Shown here: piece by piece, positions 55,789 to 61,899 of the stretch
How the letters are laid out: each line of letters begins with the position of its first letter
Position numbering within the stretch: the stretch's first letter is position 1
Source: a virus
Lineage: Duplodnaviria; Caudoviricetes
Length of the DNA stretch: 61,899 nucleotides
Reading direction: 5' to 3' (one strand)
IMG/VR virus record: IMGVR_UViG_3300044703_000081
Span: 1-61,899 of that record
Position numbers and translations under genes: made by a program
The notes under the pieces: generated by a model
What the model saw: the letters and a program-made list of their open reading frames with translations, nothing else
Databases searched by the model: none
What the model was told of the DNA's origin: nothing

Positions 55789-55946
55789 CCTTCCCTCCCT
55801 TGCCCCCACCGCCGCGATCGCGCGGGCGGACGCGTTGGCCGCGATGGCGCGGTGTTAACGCGTGGACCGGGGCTCGCGGCGGCGGACGCGGGATGCCCAT
55901 CCTCTGCGTCCGCCGCAACCTTAGCACGAATCCACGGCGGGCGGCG

Positions 55947-56135
55947 ATGAAGCGCCGCGCCGACGACACCATCGTGCGTGCCGCGCTCGCCCGCGGACCA
56001 CTCGTACGCGACGGCCGACACTGGCGCTTTCAGCGCCGCCTCTTCAACGGCGCCACCGTCAATGAGGTCATCGCCGCCGGCGATGCGGTGAAGCGCGATC
56101 GCGACACCGTGGTCGCCCGCGAGGCACGCCCATGA
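55947..56135 (+). CDS. Hypothetical protein
   Basis: First ORF of the rightward operon; ATGA-coupled downstream. Confidence 0.6.
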   Translation: MKRRADDTIVRAALARGPLVRDGRHWRFQRRLFNGATVNEVIAAGDAVKRDRDTVVAREARP

Positions 56136-56423
56136 CGGTCGCCGTGCTCGAGCTTGCCGCCGCCGTGCTGGTCATCGCCGCCATCGTATTCGCGGGGTCG
56201 CTGCTGTGATCCGGCTGATGCTGCTGATCCTCGCCGCCGAGCTGGTCGGCGGCCTCATGGTCTTGGTCCTCCTCGCTGTGTTCGCGGGGTATCGGCTGTG
56301 AGCGCGAGCACCACCGAGCGCACCGACCTGTTCTGGGTTTCGTTCTGGCTCGTCCTGCTGATCGCCGCCGGCACCGCGCTCAATGCGCGCGCCATCGCCG
56401 AGATCGCCCGCCGGTTTTTCTAG
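56132..56423 (+). other. Three coupled hydrophobic peptides (56132-56209, 56206-56301, 56298-56423)
   Basis: 25, 31 and 41 aa, each with one TM helix; ATGA/GTGA overlaps. Confidence 0.6.
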
Positions 56424-56468
56424 TTTCGTTGCGTCGCGTCATCGCCAACATTTCGGAGACGTCACGCC

Positions 56469-56846
56469 ATGCCAGATGAATCCCTGGGCGGCAATGCCAA
56501 GGAAGAGCTTAAGTCGATCGTCGAGCGCATCGAGCGGCTGCTCGAGGAGCGCACCGCGATCGACGACGATATCAAGGCCGTGAAGCAGGAAGCGCGCGGC
56601 AGCGGCTTCTCGGTCTCCGCCATCCAGGCGATCATCCAGGAGCGCAAGCAGGACGCCGAGGAAGTGAAAATCTTCGAGGCGGTCAAGGACACCTACCGCC
56701 ACGCGCTCGGCATGCTCGCCGATCTTCCGCTCGGCCGCGCGTCGATCGAGGCCGAGGCGCGCCGCACCCGGCGCGAGAAGGAAACCAAGCGCAGGAAGCG
56801 CGGCGACGGCGCACCATCGAGCGAGGGCGATGCCGCGGACAAATGA
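56469..56846 (+). CDS. gapR: GapR-like (DUF2312) nucleoid-associated protein
   Basis: LKSIVERIERL.EE...I..DIK.V..EA...GF...RK.D...Y..ALGM. Confidence 0.88.
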   Translation: MPDESLGGNAKEELKSIVERIERLLEERTAIDDDIKAVKQEARGSGFSVSAIQAIIQERKQDAEEVKIFEAVKDTYRHALGMLADLPLGRASIEAEARRTRREKETKRRKRGDGAPSSEGDAADK

Positions 56847-57193
56847 TCGAGCTGATCAAGATCCGCGAGAGCCTCGCGCGCCGGCGCTTGCCGCTGTCGA
56901 ACGAGCAGGCGCTGCAATGGGCGATCGCGGGGGCGTTCGACCAGGACGGCATCGCCTATCTGCGCGAGCACCGGCTGTCGGCGGCCGATGTGGTGGATTT
57001 CTTCTGCTGCGGCATCGTCGTCGAGGTCAAGATCAAGGGCAGCAAGATCGCCATCTATCGCCAGTGCGAGCGCTATTGCAGGCACGAGGAGGTCGCGGGC
57101 CTGGTGCTCGCCACCAATCTGGCGATGACGCTGCCGCCGCTGATCGCCGGCAAGCCCGCGCGCATTGCCGATCTGAGCCGCGCCTGGCTATGA
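56843..57193 (+). CDS. Small PD-(D/E)xK-like nuclease
   Basis: DF......VEVK......RQ..RY. Confidence 0.6.
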   Translation: MIELIKIRESLARRRLPLSNEQALQWAIAGAFDQDGIAYLREHRLSAADVVDFFCCGIVVEVKIKGSKIAIYRQCERYCRHEEVAGLVLATNLAMTLPPLIAGKPARIADLSRAWL

Positions 57194-58866
57194 AGAAAAC
57201 CTTCGGCACGCTCGCGCTGCGCCCCACCGGTCGGTCCTGGGTGCTCACCGGCGTGCCGGTGCACGTGGCGCTGCGGCTGAAAGCCACCTTCCCGCGCCTG
57301 CCCAAGCATCAGCCGGAGCCGTTCGTGTTCGCCGACAGTCTGGAGGCGCGCGCCGACCTCGACTGGTTCCTGCGCCGCTATCCGATGGCGATGAGCGAGG
57401 CCGACCGCGCCGCGCTGCGCCGCGGCCGCATGGACTTCGAGATCCGCCGCGACGCCATCGAGCGCATCCTGCTGCCGGACTGGAAGCCCACCGCGCCGGC
57501 CGCGCTCAAGAACGGCTACAATTTCTGGAGCTACCAGGCGCAGGCGATCGAGATCGCGCAGCGGCTCGGCCGCCTGATCCTGGTCGATCCCGCGAGTGCG
57601 GGAAAAACGCTCACCACCATCGGCGCGGTGATGAAGCCGGAGTTCCTGCCGGCGGCGATCGTGGTCGAGCCGCATCTGCGGACGCAATGGCGCGACAAGG
57701 GCGTCAAGAAGTTCACCGATCTCGACGTCCATATCATCCGCGGCACCGAGCCCTACACGCTACCCAAGCACGACATCGCGCTGTTCTCCTATTCCAACAT
57801 TTCCGGCTGGGTTGACGTCGCCGACAAAGGCTACTGGCGCTCCTTCGGCGCCGACGAATGCCAGGCCTTCCGCACCGGCATGGGGCCCAATCCCGAGCAC
57901 CCGATCAAGAAATACGTCGCCGCCAAGGTGTTCGCGCAGCACGCCGCGCTCACCATCGGCGTCACCGCCTCGCTGATCTACAATTACGGCAGCGAAACCT
58001 ATCCGATCGTCGACCTGTTCGCGCCCGGCGCGCTCGGCAGCGAGCAGGACTTCAAGCGCGAATGGTGCACCGGCAAGCTGGTCAGCGAGCCGGACGCGCT
58101 CGGCACCTATCTGCGCGAGGCGCAGGTGCTGTTGTCGCGCACCGAGGAGCAGAACGGCCGCGCGCTGCCGAAAGCCAATAGCATCCCGATCGAGGTGCCG
58201 TTCGACACCGACGTCGAAGCCGATCACCTGGCGCTGGCGCGCTCGCTCTCCATGCGCGTGCTGTCCGGCACCTTCGGCGACAGCGGCGAAGCGGCGCGCG
58301 AGCTCGACCGCCTGGCCTCGCGCATCACCGGCATCGCCAAGGCGCGCCATGTGGCCGCTTACGTCCGCATGCTGGTGGAAGGCGGCGAGCCGGTGCTGCT
58401 CGCCGGCTGGCACCGCGACGTCTACGACATCTGGCTGCGCGAGCTCTCCTCGCTCGAGCCGGTGATGTACACCGGCTCGGAGACCGTCAGCCGCAAGGAC
58501 CGCAGCAAGGAGGATTTCATCAAGGGCCGCACCGGCCTGATGATCATCTCCCTGCGCTCCGGCGCCGGCCTCGACGGCCTCGAGGAGCGCTGCAACACGC
58601 TGGTGTGCGGCGAGCTCGACTGGTCGCCCGGCGTGCACAATCAATTGATCTGGCGCCTGCGGCGCGCCGCGCAGCAGCGCTGGCCGGTCAACGCCGTGTT
58701 CTGCCACGCCGCCGGCGGCAGCGATCCCCTGAAAATGTCGGTGCTCGGCCTCAAGGGCGACCAGGCCCGCGGCATCGAGCGCCCCGGCGCCGCGGTCGAG
58801 AACGTGGTCAGCAACCCCGACCGCCTCAAGGATCTGGCGCGCATGTATCTGGAGCGGACACGATGA
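57190..58866 (+). CDS. SNF2-family helicase
   Basis: YQ, GKT, DECQ, GAGLDGL, ELDWSP....Q...RL.R. Confidence 0.85.
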   Translation: MKKTFGTLALRPTGRSWVLTGVPVHVALRLKATFPRLPKHQPEPFVFADSLEARADLDWFLRRYPMAMSEADRAALRRGRMDFEIRRDAIERILLPDWKPTAPAALKNGYNFWSYQAQAIEIAQRLGRLILVDPASAGKTLTTIGAVMKPEFLPAAIVVEPHLRTQWRDKGVKKFTDLDVHIIRGTEPYTLPKHDIALFSYSNISGWVDVADKGYWRSFGADECQAFRTGMGPNPEHPIKKYVAAKVFAQHAALTIGVTASLIYNYGSETYPIVDLFAPGALGSEQDFKREWCTGKLVSEPDALGTYLREAQVLLSRTEEQNGRALPKANSIPIEVPFDTDVEADHLALARSLSMRVLSGTFGDSGEAARELDRLASRITGIAKARHVAAYVRMLVEGGEPVLLAGWHRDVYDIWLRELSSLEPVMYTGSETVSRKDRSKEDFIKGRTGLMIISLRSGAGLDGLEERCNTLVCGELDWSPGVHNQLIWRLRRAAQQRWPVNAVFCHAAGGSDPLKMSVLGLKGDQARGIERPGAAVENVVSNPDRLKDLARMYLERTR

Positions 58867-59230
58867 AGTTCAGCGAGCAAGATCGTCTCGCCGTCGCACT
58901 CGCTGACGAGGTCGCGCGCGGCGACATGCGCCGCATCATGGGCCTGCGCTATGCCGCGCTCGCCGAGCACGGCCGCTTGCTGCGCGAGACCTGGCCGGAC
59001 CTTTTTCCACCAACCACCACTGACCAGACCACCGCGGAGTCGACGCGATGACGGCGAACGTGCGCACCCATCCGTGGATCGAGACCGCGCGGCTCGCGAT
59101 CGTCCACGTGCGCCGGCTCGGCTGGCGCGGCGGCATCATCCTGCACGGCAGGCATCTCATTTTACCCGGCCTCACCAGTGCTCAACGCCAGCCGCAACCG
59201 GCCGACAACGACAACGGAGCAGACCGATGA
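58863..59230 (+). other. Two small hypothetical CDS (58863-59051, 59048-59230)
   Basis: ATGA coupling. Confidence 0.55.
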
Positions 59231-59388
59231 CCGCCACCGACACCAGAGCCGACGATCTCACGCCCAAGCACATCGACCAGCGCCGGCACCGCTGCCTGCT
59301 GTGCGAGAAGCCGTTCTACCGGCGCGCATCGCTGCAGCACCACATGGAGGTCATGCACCGCGGCGACCCGGGCGAGAATCTGTCGTGA
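59227..59388 (+). CDS. Small protein with a classical C2H2 zinc finger
   Basis: CLLCEKPFYRRASLQHHMEVMH; GGAG RBS. Confidence 0.7.
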   Translation: MTATDTRADDLTPKHIDQRRHRCLLCEKPFYRRASLQHHMEVMHRGDPGENLS

Positions 59389-59840
59389 CCACCGCGGCGC
59401 CCACCGCCTCGCAAATCTTCGCCGCCGCGCTCCAGCGCGAGATCGAGACGTTCAAAGGTCTCGATCAGCACGCCTTCATGCAAGCGCTCGTCGACATCGT
59501 CACGGTCCCGGAGTGCGACCCCGATCCGGACCGGCTGATGGTCGCCCATCTGTCCGACCGCGCCGCCGAGGGTTCATTGCGCGCCGTCGCCGCGCTCCTG
59601 GTGATGTCATGGTCGATGCCGCAGCTGGAGCAGCGCGCCCACGATGCGACCAAAGCCGCGGCAGAGCGATCGCCAGACGTCATTGAAGCGGCGACGCTCG
59701 ACGTCCTGACGCAGATGTTTGAGGAGATTGCCGAAGAGGAGGTCGCCGCCGGCCGCATGCTGCGCACGGTCGATCCGGACACCGGACACAACCTCTATGC
59801 GCCCGCGCCGCGCAAGCGGTCGAAAAAGGCGCGGAAATGA
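59385..59840 (+). CDS. Hypothetical protein
   Basis: GTGA-coupled. Confidence 0.65.
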   Translation: MTTAAPTASQIFAAALQREIETFKGLDQHAFMQALVDIVTVPECDPDPDRLMVAHLSDRAAEGSLRAVAALLVMSWSMPQLEQRAHDATKAAAERSPDVIEAATLDVLTQMFEEIAEEEVAAGRMLRTVDPDTGHNLYAPAPRKRSKKARK

Positions 59841-59989
59841 CCAAGCGCGTCCCGCCGCCCGCCACCACCGACCTGCCACCACTCGATCCGGCTGTGATCA
59901 GACTCGTCGACGTGCTTGCGCGGCAACTGGCAAAAGAGGACCATGAGCGGGAAAAACAGCAGGACGGCGAGCTGGAGCCCCTTCAATGA
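59837..59989 (+). CDS. 50-aa helical protein, candidate recombination directionality factor (not in the ORF track)
   Basis: MTKRVPP...DPAVIRLVDVLARQLAKEDHE; ATGA-coupled on both sides, near the integrase. Confidence 0.5.
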   Translation: MTKRVPPPATTDLPPLDPAVIRLVDVLARQLAKEDHEREKQQDGELEPLQ

Positions 59990-60240
59990 GATTCCGTGAA
60001 CACCGGGGCAAACTTGCTGGCTCCATCACCACAACAGTTGAATTCCATACGCGTGAAGAACTAGCCCGATACCTTGTTACCAAATTCGATTGGCTGGAAC
60101 GCTCGAACGCTACGATTTCTGCATATCCATATAGCGGCGACGATGATCCGATTGGATGGCGCGACGTTCATATTGTCATCGCAGAAGGGCACGGTGTCTT
60201 GGGTTACATGGAGGGGCCGATGCCCCCGAAGTTTCCATAA
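59986..60240 (+). CDS. Low-GC hypothetical protein
   Basis: MRFREHRG.L..S..T...D..IGW....IV...GVLGY. Confidence 0.7.
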   Translation: MRFREHRGKLAGSITTTVEFHTREELARYLVTKFDWLERSNATISAYPYSGDDDPIGWRDVHIVIAEGHGVLGYMEGPMPPKFP

Positions 60241-61830
60241 ATGACCCGCTGCGCCATCTACGGCCGCTTCTCCGACGACAAGCAGAACGAGCGATCGGCG
60301 CGCGACCAGATCGCGCTGTGCCGCCACTATGCCGCCCGTCACGGCTGGCAGGTGATCGAGACCTTTGCCGACGAAGGCGTGTCGGGCGCCTCCATCCACG
60401 GCCGCCTCGAATACGAGCGCATGCTCGGCGCCGCCGTCGCCGGCCGCTTCGACGTCATCCTGGCGGAAGATCTCGATCGGCTCTCGCGCAACCAGGGCGA
60501 CATCGCCAAGCTCTACGAGCAATTGAGCTACGCCGACGTCGAGGTGCACACGCTCGCCGACGGCCTGGTGAACGAAATGCACATCGGCATGAAGGGCACG
60601 ATGAGCGCGCTCTTTCTCAAGGGCCTCCGGCTCAAGACCTGGCGCGGCAATTCGGCCAAGGTGCGCGACGGCCTCGCCGGCGGCGGGCTGACCTACGGCT
60701 ATGCGCCCGGCGCGGCCAAGGGCGAGCGCATCATCGTCGAGCACCAGGCCGCCGTCGTGCTGCGCATCTTCGAGGAATACGACGCCGGCCGCTCGCCGCG
60801 CGCGATCGCCGCCGGGCTCAACGCCGACGGCATCAAGCCGCCGCGCGGCTGTGACTGGATCGCCTCCGCGATCAACGGCAACCCCAAGCGCGGCTCCGGC
60901 ATCATCCACAACACGCTCTATGACGGCCGCCTGATCTGGAACCGGGTCGCCATGCGCAAGGACCCGCGCACCGGCAAGCGGGTGTCCCGCCCCAATCCGG
61001 CAAGCGACTGGATCGAGGTCGCCGTGCCGGCGCTGCGCATCGTGCCGGCGGATCTGTTCGCGCGCGTGCAGGCGAAGAACGCCGCCCGCGCCAAGCTGCG
61101 CCCCGAGCGATCGCGCCGCCCGCGCCATCTGCTGGCCGGGCTGCTGCGCTGCGGCTGCTGCGGCGCCGCGATGGCCATCAACAACGGCGGCCACGACAGC
61201 CGCCGCATCTATTGCGGGCGTCGCAAGGAAGGCGGCCGCTGCCCCAACGGCCATACCTACAAGCTCGCGCCGATCGAGCAGCGGGTGATCGTGGCGCTCA
61301 AGGCGCAGCTCACCGACCCGCGCGCGATCGAGCGCGCGCTCACCACCTACCGGGCCGAGCGCAAGCGCCTGGCGCAGGAATCCGAGGGCAAGCGCGCGAC
61401 CCTCGAGCGCAGCCTCGCGCAGGCCAAGCGCGCCATCGACCGCATCGTCGACGCCATCGCCGACGGCTCGCTGTCGAGCCCCGAGGCGGCAGTCAGGCTG
61501 CCGGACTTGCGGCGCCAGCGCGAGGGCGCCGAGAGCGAGCTCGCCCGCCTGACACCGCCGTCCAAAGTGGTGGCACTGCACCCGACCGCGGTCAGCCGCT
61601 ACCTCGCGGCCGTCGAGACGCTGTCGGTCACGCTGGCCGCACGGATCCTCGATACAGACGGGGAAGCCGCCGCCGCCTTGCGCGAGCTGGTGGAGAGCGT
61701 GGTCGTTCACCCGGGAGAGGGCGCGCCGGCGGTCAATGTCACCGGCCGACTGGCGATGCTCACCGGCGCAAGGCTGTTTCCAACGTTGGTAGCGGGGGCC
61801 GGATTTGAACCGGCGACCTCCGGATTATGA
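60241..61830 (+). CDS. Large serine recombinase (integrase)
   Basis: YGRFS catalytic Ser, DRLSR, YGY, LLRCGCCG zinc ribbon, coiled coil. Confidence 0.95.
   Translation: MTRCAIYGRFSDDKQNERSARDQIALCRHYAARHGWQVIETFADEGVSGASIHGRLEYERMLGAAVAGRFDVILAEDLDRLSRNQGDIAKLYEQLSYADVEVHTLADGLVNEMHIGMKGTMSALFLKGLRLKTWRGNSAKVRDGLAGGGLTYGYAPGAAKGERIIVEHQAAVVLRIFEEYDAGRSPRAIAAGLNADGIKPPRGCDWIASAINGNPKRGSGIIHNTLYDGRLIWNRVAMRKDPRTGKRVSRPNPASDWIEVAVPALRIVPADLFARVQAKNAARAKLRPERSRRPRHLLAGLLRCGCCGAAMAINNGGHDSRRIYCGRRKEGGRCPNGHTYKLAPIEQRVIVALKAQLTDPRAIERALTTYRAERKRLAQESEGKRATLERSLAQAKRAIDRIVDAIADGSLSSPEAAVRLPDLRRQREGAESELARLTPPSKVVALHPTAVSRYLAAVETLSVTLAARILDTDGEAAAALRELVESVVVHPGEGAPAVNVTGRLAMLTGARLFPTLVAGAGFEPATSGL
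61786..61799. repeat. Right att core TTGGTAGCGGGGGC
   Basis: Identical to 698-711. Confidence 0.85.
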
Positions 61831-61863
61831 TTCCGCTGCTCTAACCAACTGAGCTACCCCGCC
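61787..61863 (-). tRNA. Host tRNA-Met (CAT, elongator type), integration target
   Basis: GGCGGGG TA GCTC...GAGC A GCGGA ATCATAA TCCGG AGGTC GCCGG TTCAAAT CCGGC CCCCGCT ACCA. Confidence 0.93.
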
Positions 61864-61899
61864 ATCAGTAAAATCAATGCTTTAGGGAAGTAGATCGTT

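Larger units (their letters stand above)
698..61799. mobile_element. Temperate prophage (myovirus: lambda-like head, P2-like contractile tail), apparently complete
   Basis: Full set of lysis, tail, head, packaging, replication, immunity and integration modules between 14-bp direct repeats. Confidence 0.93.

Noticed and set aside
11275-61710. Many long opposite-strand or alternative-frame ORFs (e.g. 11275-13380, 14713-16326, 28058-29704, 41435-43426, 48727-50655, 60061-61710)
   Set aside because: Shadow ORFs of real genes, expected in high-GC DNA; no recognisable motifs.
61820-61840. G27:G43 mismatch as evidence of a hybrid tRNA made by crossover at the anticodon
   Set aside because: The left end matches only the terminal 14 bp, so the crossover is at the acceptor end and the anticodon arm is host-derived.

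Overview
The window is almost entirely one apparently intact, about 61.1 kb, GC-rich alphaproteobacterial (Rhizobiales-like) temperate prophage. It is bounded by a 14-bp direct repeat TTGGTAGCGGGGGC (698-711 and 61786-61799), which is the 3' end of a host tRNA-Met gene and overlaps the 3' end of host pmtA. Left to right: lysis module, P2-like contractile tail and baseplate, lambda-like head and terminase, a + strand accessory operon (34.0-38.6 kb), a leftward early operon with a replication initiator and three DNA methyltransferases, a cro/cI switch with operators, a rightward early operon (GapR, SNF2 helicase) and a large serine integrase. Four observations stand out. (1) A ~450-nt, apparently multi-pseudoknotted non-coding RNA lies between terS and terL and abuts an atypical phage tRNA-fMet. 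(2) An operon of unknown genes with an Aca2/YdiL-like HTH protein and a HerA-like ATPase carries the same small RNA hairpin in front of each independent ribosome-binding site, making it a candidate anti-defence locus. (3) Integration or excision is predicted to rewrite the C-termini of both the integrase and host PmtA. (4) The phage carries a suhB/MmgR-like sRNA. All family calls are by eye from motifs and gene order; no searches or folding programs were run.
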